Shown here: positions 14,135-25,196 of the stretch, one piece after another
Numbering within the stretch: position 1 is the stretch's first letter
How the letters are laid out: the number at the start of each line of letters is the position of its first letter
NCBI RefSeq assembly: GCF_963921235.1
Contig: NC_086108.1
Coordinates: forward strand, 68,760,001 to 68,824,000
Direction of reading: 5' to 3'
DNA from: Mobula hypostoma
Lineage: Eukaryota
DNA length: 64,000 nt
Program-made: the position numbers and the translations under genes
Notes under the pieces: generated by a model
What the model was told of the DNA's origin: nothing
What the model saw: only the letters and a program-made list of their open reading frames with translations
The model's database searches: none

Positions 14135-14355
14135 ATGTTGTTGTTGTTGAGTGCTGTCGAGTCATCATCAGCTCATGGAGACCCGATGGATAGTGTAGTT
14201 GTCCATAGGGTTTTCGTGACAAGATATGGAAGTAGATGCCAGGCCTTTCTACCAACACAGGTACTGCTGCTACCCAGGTTGGGATATGGCTGGATTCAAA
14301 CTCAGGGCCATCTGCCTCAAAGTACAGTGCTAATGCCACTACACCACTGGCCGGC
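14135..14355 (-). mobile_element. tRNA-head SINE with RTE-type tail and (CAA)n end
   Basis: Minus strand starts GCCGGCCAGTGGTGTAGTGG (A-box-like) with GAGTTTGAATCC (B-box-like) and ends ccatgagctgatgatgactcgacagcactcaacaacaacaac. Confidence 0.75.
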
Positions 14356-14519
14356 CCAATTTTATATTTTGTTTATAATTCATTCTGATGTAGCAGGAGG
14401 TTATGTAGACCATCAAGTTTATGCTGGCCCTCAGAACAACCCCATACTCACACAAATGCTCAAAAGAAAAATTCCAAAACCTCTGATTCTAATACCACCC
14501 ATTAACATAAAGGATCTTT

Positions 14520-14650
14520 TACAGCGGTTAATTAACTTAACTAGTTTTATTAGGTTGCGGGGAAACCAGAGCACTAGGGGAAATCCATGTGGTCACAGAA
14601 AACACCACACAGACAGAACCAGAAGCCAGAATCAAACTGCAGCCAAATAT
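14520..14650 (-). mobile_element. V-SINE/HE1-like fragment
   Basis: ggaaaccagagcactagggggaaatccatgtggtcacag resembles the V-domain core. Confidence 0.55.
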
Positions 14651-15562
14651 AACAGTAACTATTTCAAGATAGCGTTGTCACGTATACTGATTTCTTTTAT
14701 CCACATTAATCAAGCTCAATTCAGTCTTGCCATCCATGCGCATCTTTATTAATCTAGGCTGGACTAACTGCCTGAGACAGAAAAATTTTATGGGGCCCCT
14801 GCCTCAGGACATTCTGCCAACCTTTGACAGAAGGCAAGGGTGGAGGTGTAGCCTCACCTGCTATTACAATTGTTAAGGATTTATTACAGTTTTTCCGATG
14901 TTTCTGATAAGAAGTGATGCTTAAAACTATTAAAATTCCTTTAAATAATCTTGTTAAAAGTTATTTAAACATACAAAATAATTCAAAACATTAAAATAAA
15001 GATAAAGTAACTCAATTCAGGTTAGAAAATACCATTCTACTCCACTCAATGTGGAATTGCTTGGATTGTTTTTTCAGTTTTTACTGGCATTTGGTAAAAT
15101 AACATTCTTGTTATTTTAAAACAATTTTACTTAAGAATTCCATCAACTCTAGGTCTCCATAAAATGCAACTAAATCAAAATTGGTCATAATGAATCAAAT
15201 TATGCTAGCCTTCTTGGAGAGAACTGACAATGTTGATTTGCTTCCAAACAAATACATTTACTAATTGATCTGCAGCAAATCCAGGTAGACTGGAATGATG
15301 GACGTTATCAATTTGTGTCATTCAAGCAACAGTATGGCCAGCATACATGGTCACATAGCTCGACCTGGATCTACAGTGGGTCCATGCAGGCCCAGGGTGT
15401 ACTTATTTGGGAGCAACTAAATATTTGCTGTTTCAATTCAGGAACACCAGCCACAACCAGCATGATTCAGCCTATAGCTTCTGATTACAGCTTAAATGTA
15501 TTTTATGTAGAATGAAAGTTGATGTTAATTTCAAGTGCACTTATTTTTAATCACAAAATATA

Positions 15563-17174
15563 CAGTAGTATACAAAAATTTGGGCACCCCGGTCAAAATT
15601 TCTATTACTGTGAATAGTTAAGCGAGTAAAAGATGACCTGATTTCCAAAAGGCACAAAGTTAAAGTTGAAATATTCTTTTCAATTTTTTTAAGCAAGATT
15701 AGTGTATTATTTTTGTTTTGTACAATTGTACAGTGAAAAAAAGGAAAGGAGCACCATGCAAAGGTTTGGGCAGCCCAAGAGATTTGAGCTTTTGGATAAC
15801 TTTTACCAAGGTCTCAGACCTTAATTAGCTTGTTAGGACTACGGCTTGTTCACAGTTATCGTTAGGAAAGGCCAGGTGATGCAAATTTCAAAGCTTTATA
15901 AATACCTTGACTGTTCAAACCTTGTCCCAACAATCAGCAGCTGTGGGGCTCCTCCAAGCAGCTGCCTAGCACTCTGAAAATTAAAATAAATGATGCTCAC
16001 AAAGCAGGAGAAGGCTATAAGAAGATAGCCGTTTCCTCAGTTTGTAATGTAATTAAGAAATGGCAGTTAACAGGAATGGTGGAGGTCAAGTTGAGGTCTG
16101 GAAGACCAAGAAAACTTTCTGAGAGTACAGCCCGTAGGATTGCTAGAAAGGCAAATCAAAACCCCCGTTTGACTGCAAAAGACCTTCAGGAAGATTTAGC
16201 AGACTCTGGAGGGGTGGTGCACTGTTCTGTTGTGCAGCGACACCTGCACAAATATGACCTTCATGGAAGAGTCATCAGAAGAAAACATTTCCTGCATCCT
16301 CAACACAAAATTCAGTGTCAGAAGTTTGCAAAGGAATATCTAAACAAGCCTGATGCATTTTGGAAACAAGTCCTGTGGACTGATGAAGTTAAAATAGAAC
16401 TTTTTGGCCGCAATGAGCAAAGCTATGTTTGGAGAAAAAAGGGTGCAGCATTTCATGAAAAGAACACCTCTCCAATTGGTAAGCACCTGGGTAGATTGAT
16501 CATGCTTTGGGCTTGTGTTGCAGCCAGTGGCATAGGGAACATTTCACTGGTAGAGGGAAGAATGAATTCAATTAAATACCAGCAAATTTTGGAAGCAAAC
16601 AGCACACCATCTGTAAAAAAGCTGAAGATGAAAAGAGGATGGCTTCTACAACAGGATAATGATCCTAAGCACACCTCAAAATCCATAATGGACTACCTCA
16701 AGAGGTGCAAGCTGAAGGTTTTGCCATGGCCCTCACAGTCCCCCAACCTAAACGTCATTGAAGATCTGTGGATAGACCTCAAAAGAGAAATGAGCAGTGC
16801 ATGCAAGACGGCCCAAGAATCTCACAGAACTAGAAGCCTTTTGCAAGGAAGAATGGGTGAAAATCCCCCAAACAAGAATTGAAAGACTCTTAGCTAGCTA
16901 CAGAAAGCATTTGCAAGCTGTGATACTTGCCAAAGGGGGTGTTACTAAGTACTGACCATGCAGGGTGCCCAAACGTTTGCTTCGGGCCCTTTTCCTTCTT
17001 TGTTATTTTGAAACTGTAAAAGATGGAAATAAAAAAGTAATCTTGCTTAAAATATTAAAGAAATGTGTCATCTTTAACTTTATGCCTTTTAGAAATCAGG
17101 TCATTTTTTACTCGCTTAGCTGTTCACAGTAACAGAAATTTTGACCGGGGTGCCCAAACTTTTGCATGCCACTG
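15563..17174 (+). mobile_element. Full-length Tc1 (DD34E) transposon, 1612 bp, with about 215-bp IR/DR terminal repeats
   Basis: TA on both sides; long TIRs with outer and inner direct repeats (aaa.tttgggca.ccc). Confidence 0.97.
15943..16954 (+). pseudogene. Tc1 transposase, frameshifted; longest piece is ORF 16076..16882
   Basis: GRPRK, WTDEVKIELFG, QQDNDPKH, SPNLNVIE with 34 residues between the second D and the E. The start region is mutated and there are frameshifts at both ends. Confidence 0.92.
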
Positions 17175-18934
17175 TACCTGATATGTAAAAAAAATAAAAA
17201 CTTTACTAAAAATAAAACCCAAACAATTTAAGTCATAATAATCATGTAAGTAACTAAAGAAACACTGAATGGTTGCTGCGTTTAGATGAAACATGAGCAT
17301 GCATTTCCATGACATGAACACAGAAAAGTATACATTTTTTTAAAAATGGAAAATGTAACATGCTGCCTACCTGTAGTTTGAGACATTTGTTTTCCCTAGT
17401 ACTGATTGAGTTACATCTTGATTGACAATCCACAATACAATCAAGAATGGTAGCAAGCAACTACTAAAACTATTTTACCTAACATCATACAATTTTGTAT
17501 TGTGGGATCACAGTATACTTTGTGTTATATGAATCCTTGATTACCTAGCTAATAAAAATAATGATCTATTAATACTTAGAAAACACTATTATGTTCAGTA
17601 TTTAAAATCAACAAACACATGAAGTGTGAAAAATGGTGGAAATATTATTCTTACCCCACCAAAAAAAGTGCAGAAATTATGAGTAGCTGTCTGGGAGCAG
17701 TGAACAATAAACAAGTCCATCTGAAACCTTATACTAATAAAGTCATTAGATGCTGCCCTGTTGATGGTTCTTTAGACCTTCTGAAGTTACAGGAATACAC
17801 TAGCTTGCTTGTAGGATACTGCTAAAGAATAAATGCTGTTGGCAGCATGTAAATCTGATGTTAAACCATGCTGCAAATTGATCCAGACATTCTGTTAAAG
17901 CTGAGCTGATATCAAAAGCAGTGGAGAAAAGGAGAAAATGAGAGTGTCCAACGTAATTCGACAGTAATAGGAGCCCCAGAAAACCAGGAAGAAACAGTGG
18001 GAACTGACAATGGCTCCAGATGTTTTGGAATCTTAATCTTTTGTAAAATAGTTTGTAAAGGACTCTACTGGGGGAGCCTTAAATAAAGCTGATACTTTAA
18101 CTACCTCTTTCTAAACACAACATGCACAGACGGAACGTTTAGATGACTACTCTACTGGAAAACAGTTCAGATCATGTGCCCCTCTACCTCTCTCAGAGAA
18201 CAACAATTAAACTCCATCTGTTTCTTAACTACCTACAGCAAAATCCCTATTCAGTATACTAAGCAGTGGAACAACATAAAACTCTGGAAGCTGCGTCCCA
18301 CACAGAAGCCCACACCTGTAGTGGATTTGCAAGTGGGTCAAACAGGACCAGCACGGTCAACTGCTCTCCAACCAGGCGTGGATCATTCAAAGCCTTGTTT
18401 GTGTCAAGGGTCAGCAGCTGTGAATATGGTTAATTACTTGATGATTAGGAATGACAGGTGAGGAAAACCTGCTGCTGCAAATGCTCAGGCAACTTAACAC
18501 TTTTTTTGCATGGCAGGCTCTGGAGATGGAGGGGTACAAATCTCGAAATACACTTATTATTGTCCTATAGCAATAAATATCCAATGATCAAAACACCAAA
18601 TTAGTAACAGTAAACAAGAATTGCTCACAAATAACATTAGTTCTTTCTTCATTAAATGTGTGTTAATGACACTTTAAGGAATAATTAAATGTCACCAAAC
18701 TCCCATGAAAAATATAGAAAAGTAAATCATATTTAAAAGCTGCAAAACAGAAAAATAAAGAATGCAACTGTTATTTTACTGAACAAATCTACACTTCCAT
18801 TTACAATAGTAAAAGTATTCCAAATAATATTTTTCAATACTTTCCAATGTCAACTAGCAAATGAAGTGGATTTTTTAAAAAATCAGTATTTGTTAAATAA
18901 TTCAATTTTAAAGTACTATACCAGTTGGAACATA

Positions 18935-20300
18935 CACTCACTGAAAACCTGTGCCCACCCACTACTGGAGTGTTCAAGGACATCTTCAATCTCTCACTGC
19001 TGCAGTTGGAGATTCCACCTGCTTCAAAAGGGCAATCATACCATTGTCAAAGGAGAGCAGACTGAGCTACCTCAATGACGATCACCCAGTTGCACTCACA
19101 TCTATTGTGATGAAGTGCTTTGAGAGGTTAGCCACGGCCAGAATCAACTCCTGCTTAAGCAAGAACTTAAACCCGCTGCAATTTGACTATCACTACAAAA
19201 GGTCTACAGCGATTTCACTGCATTTTTGCTCAGCCTTGGATCACCTGGAAAACAGCAGTAACTTCTGTACATCGGGCTGCTGTTGATTGATTACAGCTCA
19301 GAGTTCAACAGTACCAATCAAAAAACTCCAAAACCAGGGACTCTGTACCTCCCTTTGCAACTGGATCATTGACTTCCTCACCGGCAGACCACAGTCAATG
19401 CAGACCGGAAATAACAATCAACACTGGCGCATCTCAGGGATGTGTACTTAGCCCACTGCTCTACTCTCTTTGCTGTGCAGCTAGGCACAACTCAAACACC
19501 ATCTACAAATTTGCCGATGACAAAACTATTGTTGACAGAATTTCAGATGGTGATGAGGAAGCATACAGAAGTGAGAAAGATCAGCTTGGTTGAGTGGTGC
19601 CACAACAACAACCTTGCATTCAACATCAGTAAAACCATGGGATTGATTATGGAACTCAGGAAGGGGAAGTCAAAGGAACACACACCAGTCCTCATCAAGA
19701 GATCAGCAGTGGAAAGGGTGAGCAGCTCCAACTTCCTGGGTGTCAATATATTTGAGGATCTATCCTGAGCCCAAGATATTGGTGCAATTACAAAGAAGCA
19801 CAACAGTGGCTATATTTCATTACAAGTTTGAGGAGATTTCATATGTCAAAGACACTGGCATAATTCTAGATATATCGTGGGGAGCTTTCTAAATGGTTGC
19901 ATCACCATCTGATATGGAGGGGCAACTGCATAGGGTAGGAAAAAGCAGCAGAAAGTTGAAAACACAGTCAGTTCCCTCATGGGCACTAGCCTAGCCAGCA
20001 AAGAAGACATCTTCAAAAGGCAATGTGACTCAAAAATGAGGCATCCATCAGTAAGGACCCCTATTACCAATGATGTGCCCTCTTCTCATTATCACCATCA
20101 AGGAGGTGGTCCAGGAACCTGAAGACACACTCAACATTTTAGGAACAGCTTCTTCCCCTCTGCTATTAGATTTCTGAATGGACCATGAACCCATCTGCAC
20201 TACTTATTTAATGTAATGTTTTAATACATATTTCATTTTGTAATTTTTAGTATTTTAATTATGTATTGTAATATGCTGCTGCCACAAAATAACAACATTC
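18935..20300 (+). mobile_element. Degraded Rex1/Babar-like element (RT to 3' UTR)
   Basis: [41 protein letters not shown]; multiple frameshifts. Confidence 0.9.
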
Positions 20301-22106
20301 TGACTGAAACATTTGTACATAACAGAATTTAATGATATCCACCAGAACAGATTAATTACTATATAGAAGTAACTGCTGTTTTCATGCATAATATCTCACT
20401 TATAGTTTCTTCACACTAAATTAATTTTCATAGTAATGGAGTATTTCAGAATATTTTGCTAGAAAAAGTGTAACTATTTTTAAAAAATCATGCACTATCA
20501 ATTATGCTGGCTGGTCCAAGAAATTAGCATGGTCAGACTTGTAAAGCTCAGCCAATATAATTAGGCAATGCACCAAACCAATTCCTGTTTTGTGCCTCAT
20601 TCTATCTGTTCTGGTGTTAGGACAAATTTAATTAGATTGCCTTGATTAATGTTAATGTGGCCAGGTAATAATGATTAGCATTTACTCTGTTAGATACTGA
20701 AATGTAATTCTTAAACAGCAATATTTTTAAGAAAGGGAGATGTTCAGAGCGATTCTAAGGTTGCAATCTCTTGCTTAATGATTGAAGTTAACAGTCGACA
20801 TGGGTAAAAAAGACTTCACAGCTCCTTTTGTTCATTCATAAGAAGGAGGCCTAATTTAGGTAAGTGGCTGCCTGAGTAAAGTTATAACATGTAGCTTGTA
20901 AGATTTTGAATTGTGAAGCAAGGAAGGGGGAGTTAGGAAAACTATTTCTTGCACCTACATTGTTCATCATACCATGGATTTACTGTAATATGTTAAATAT
21001 TAACATGCAATATAATCAGGAAATGTAAAAATATGTAACAAATTAAAGACAAAGATCTGGAGTTGGAACATGTTTAGAACTTAGTCATTCTGTATACTAA
21101 GCTGTAGGCAGGGATAAGTTAGAATTCTCTGGTGAAAATGCAATCAATTCACACTTGATAAATCTTAGACATCTGACATGCAATTACTATTGAATCTACT
21201 TATGTTATTGATATATTGTTTCAAGGCAGATCCCGCAGCAGAACTGATGGGAAATTTGGCAAGTTGTGAACATGTTTCAGGAAGTTATTCATCATTTCCA
21301 AGTTTGTTACTGCTATTGGGGGTTCTGTCAATCAGGTCATTTTTAAAGTTGGAATAGCAAAGGTGTGAGATTATTCAACTAACTTGAAAATGTGCATGTT
21401 AAGACAACAGTGCTTTGTTTCCCAGGCTCTTGCTGTTTTTAAGCTCATCCTAGTGCCATGTGCCATAACAAATAACTATTATTGAAGTACACAAAATGCG
21501 GTCAAATATGGACAAAATATTCTGTTCAAAGGAACCCCCATTTCTTTGAGAGAGGAAGCTTTTTTGCTTAATTTTTAAGAGTTCCAGTAATTTTTTAGGC
21601 AAATTAATTTACTGGCTATATTTAAATTAGAAAATCATGCAATAAATTACATAAATATGTTGTTATATATGTGTACTATAATTCCTTCAAGAATATTCCA
21701 AAGAAAATATGGATTTTAATTATTTATTCATTCAAATGCTTGGTTTCATCCTCTACATTAAACTCAGGTGAACGTCCAATTTTTATTCACATTGTAAATT
21801 GTTTAAAAAGTTACCTCAAAAATGATATCTTCTCATGTTTGGCTTACAGCCGTTGTATATACTTTAATACAATTCACTTCTCCGCCACATTAATGGCACT
21901 GTAGTTATTGGATGCTGGAGACTTCCTGAAAATGGTTAGGTGACTGCAAGTTTTCAGAAAAGAGGCATTTTCTTGCTATTGAAATCACCAGATCTTTGTG
22001 AGGAGCTCTTTTTTTTGAAATAGTGAACATTTTTGCCACTTTGCTAATTCCTTATTCAAGTTCTCCAGAAAAAAAACAATTCAATTTATGAACTAAAATT
22101 CAGTAC

Positions 22107-22261
22107 CTTGCTCTGTTAGCTTCTCGTGTCACGTCCCATGCCCAAGTGATAAAATTTTGACTGAGGTAGGAGACAATAGATTCAGCACACAGTAGTTGGG
22201 AACAGAATACGTTTGTAAGAACACTGTCATCATGATGGAGGTAGATGGCGAGTAGCTTTCT
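22107..22261 (-). CDS. FAF1: FAF1 internal coding exon (155 nt, phase 0-2): RKLLAIYLHHDDSVLTNVFCSQLLCAESIVSYLSQNFITWAWDVTREANRA(R)
   Basis: ttttttttatcag|AGAAAG...AGAGCAAG|gtactg. Core of the UAS (thioredoxin-like) domain of FAF1. Confidence 0.98.
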
Positions 22262-22409
22262 CTGATAAAAAAAAGTACAAATTATTAATCTTAAAACTGC
22301 AAATATGAGTTACTCTGCATTGCAAATTGCAGATATACGCAGCGGAAAATGTGAGTTAATTCACTTACGTACACAAAACAGAAGAGCAATAATTTTTTTT
22401 TAAAAATGA

Positions 22410-22938
22410 GAGAAATTGGGCAGTGTAGATGCTCAAAGTTTCAAGGCTTGCTTGTACACAAAAGCTAATTATAAAGGATACTGGAAATACCACAGCTGCA
22501 ATGTTGTCTTTTGGTCTACTGAAATGTAGTGGAGTAAAGATTCATTAAACTGCTTTGAGGAATATAAAATTTGATTCTTGAGGAAAGTTAGGTAGATGAG
22601 GCCAATATTCTCTAGAAATCTCATTAAAACTGACATGTGGATGCTTACCCTGACTAAGCAATTTAGATCTCAGCACCATAATTTTACAACAAAGATTATG
22701 CTGTTTGGGGTTGAAGTAAGGAAACATTTCTTTTCCCCCCATTCACAGTAAATCTTTTAAATTCTCCAGCTTGAAGGGTTGTGTAAGCCAAGTCATTGAG
22801 TTTGTTCAATATAGAGAATGACAGATTTCTGGCTATTAAGGGATTTTGGAATAATACAAAAATGCCATTGTAAAAGATTAGCTATGATCCTGATGAATGG
22901 CAGAACAGGCTCAAGAGCAATTCCTACCTCCTATATTC
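22410..22938 (+). mobile_element. Old CR1 3' fragment
   Basis: Eroded C-terminal region and 3' UTR gaatggcagaacaggctcaag...cctacctcctat. Confidence 0.65.
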
Positions 22939-23662
22939 AAGAGGGATTTCAATAACTTTAGAAATTTAGCATTTCCATTCCCAACAGACCAATTCTGCTC
23001 CTATCTGTTCTTGAGTAACTGACTGGTATTCTGACAAAAATATTACTGAGAAATGGGAGTAGTTAGGGAAGCAGTTTGTGGGATTCAGTTTGTTCTCTGT
23101 TGATGCTGATCATTGGAGTTCCAGTTGAAACTAGAGCTCAAAAATGAGAAGGAAGAAATAGGAGGTAGAAAATGGCAGTAACTTTCCACAGTACCAGCTA
23201 CATTGAACAGATAATCCTTCACAATTTCAGACACCTTCCACATGATACCATTACCAAAAGCACCCTGATATGCCCCTTGTAGCATTAAAAAGGAATAATC
23301 CATCTAATACTTCTTTCTAAGAAAATGCAATATGTGCTTTCTTTTTCCACAAGCAGAGACTGACGTATACCTTTAGTGTATCTATCTATCTATCAAACTG
23401 TGATCTCCAAACACAGAATGTGTGACTGCTTTGTGGAACACATTTTTGATTAGGTATGACCACAAACTTCCAGTTACTGACTTTAATCCTCTGTAGCGTT
23501 CTTGTTCTGTCACCACTGTCCTCTAACCCCCAACTTTGTTCCAATTAAAAAAAACACAAAACTGAGGAAACAGTATCCCAGTTTCTGACAAGGTTGATTA
23601 CTACCTCCTATATTCAAGAGGGATTTCAATAACTTTAGAAATTTAGCATTTCCATTCCCAAC
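22924..23662 (+). repeat. Exact 62-bp direct repeat (22924-22985 and 23601-23662)
   Basis: ctacctcctatattcaagagggatttcaataactttagaaatttagcatttccattcccaac occurs twice, identically. Confidence 0.95.
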
Positions 23663-25196
23663 TCTAGCATTCATTCCACATTCCTCCCATAATTTCAGAC
23701 CCCTAATCTGCATTTATACCTCCCCCACACTGCCTTTATGTACCCTTGTCCTATTCCTATTTTGTTTCACCTTGCAACATTTAATCTTCCTGCCTTCCAT
23801 CACAAACCTGGCCCTTTGTTCCTTCTATCCTTGCCCACCACCTTTAAATTTTTCAACCAGCTTTAGGAAGAATTATCAATATGACACATCATCTTCTAAT
23901 TTTCTCTCCATAAATGCTGCCTGACGTAACAAAATTTTCCAGTATTTTGCTTTTATTTCATATTTCCAGCATCCACAGTAATTTGTGATTGTATTAATTT
24001 GTGTTGTGATATCCTGTGTAGCATCATACAACAGTATGTAGTTCTTGCATTAATAGGTGTTTTACAGAATACATTAACTGTAACAGATACTGTTATAAAG
24101 CTTCCAAATACCATATTACACAGAGCAAGTTTGTGCACATCAGTCACATTTCAAATTATTAAATAGATGAAGTTCACAAAATTCTTGGGAGTAATGGAAC
24201 ACAGACAAAACACAACCTTTGAGCAATACCAATCCCAGCACAATTTCATTCAAAATTAAAGTCTGTCCTATTAATTTTGAGACTTTAAATGGTTCAAAAA
24301 TTCTGCATATTATTTCACATATTCTGCAGAAAATCCCCACATGGCTGGCAACATCACAGATCTTTGCTTCCTTGGTTTCAAAAGGTAATGTTCCTCCCCA
24401 AACTGAGATATAGGAAATAGATATTTGTCTTACTTTATGCAGTGATTTGTTCAGTTTCTCTTGAAAATGGGATATTAATATTTAATTTTATGATGGAATA
24501 TTGAAAAATTGTAATTAGTTTGCTGAGAAATATCATACTTGAACCTAGATTATACTTGGATCAAGCCTTTTTAAAAAAATGCAGACTAATTCTGCTAATT
24601 AGCAAATTGTTATACCATAACCTGTTTAAATCAATCATTGATCAATTTAATGTTAGCAAAAATAGCAATTCAATTTCAAAATAAGGGCCTCTGATGCATG
24701 AAATTATATCAAAAAAATTTATTGAATATGGTTACATAGTATTATTATAATAGTAATTATAAACAACACGTATGGTGAACTACAATTGTATTAATTGTTT
24801 TCGGCAATATTTGATGAAAGAACATTTTATATGAGCTTAAGGAGAGCCAACATACCCTGAAAAGGAACTATTTGAATTGCATTTCAGAAAATCATAGAGC
24901 ACAGAGGAATGCAAATCAGGTTTGCCAGCTCATACAAATGATTCTGTGCCCTGGCTCTGCAGCTTATAAAATTGACTTCCACAAGTAACATCAAGAGTAG
25001 TCATAATATGGGGAAACACAGAGCAGTCAATTTTAATATAGGAAAATGACATAAACACCATTGAAAAAGCGATTAGCCAGATGAACTCTGTTAGTTGAGG
25101 GATGAGTTTTAGCTAGCATAATAGAACTCCCTTGGTTTTTAATCAGATGGTGGCAAACATATTTCTGCGTAGACTGGCCTTGAAATCGATCTTTCA

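Noticed and set aside
14290..14355. tRNA gene
   Set aside because: The A/B-box-like head continues into a SINE body and tail; no complete cloverleaf is evident.
14135..14752. 205-aa plus-strand ORF
   Set aside because: It reads through the antisense of two SINEs and intronic DNA, has a non-ATG start and shows no protein motifs.
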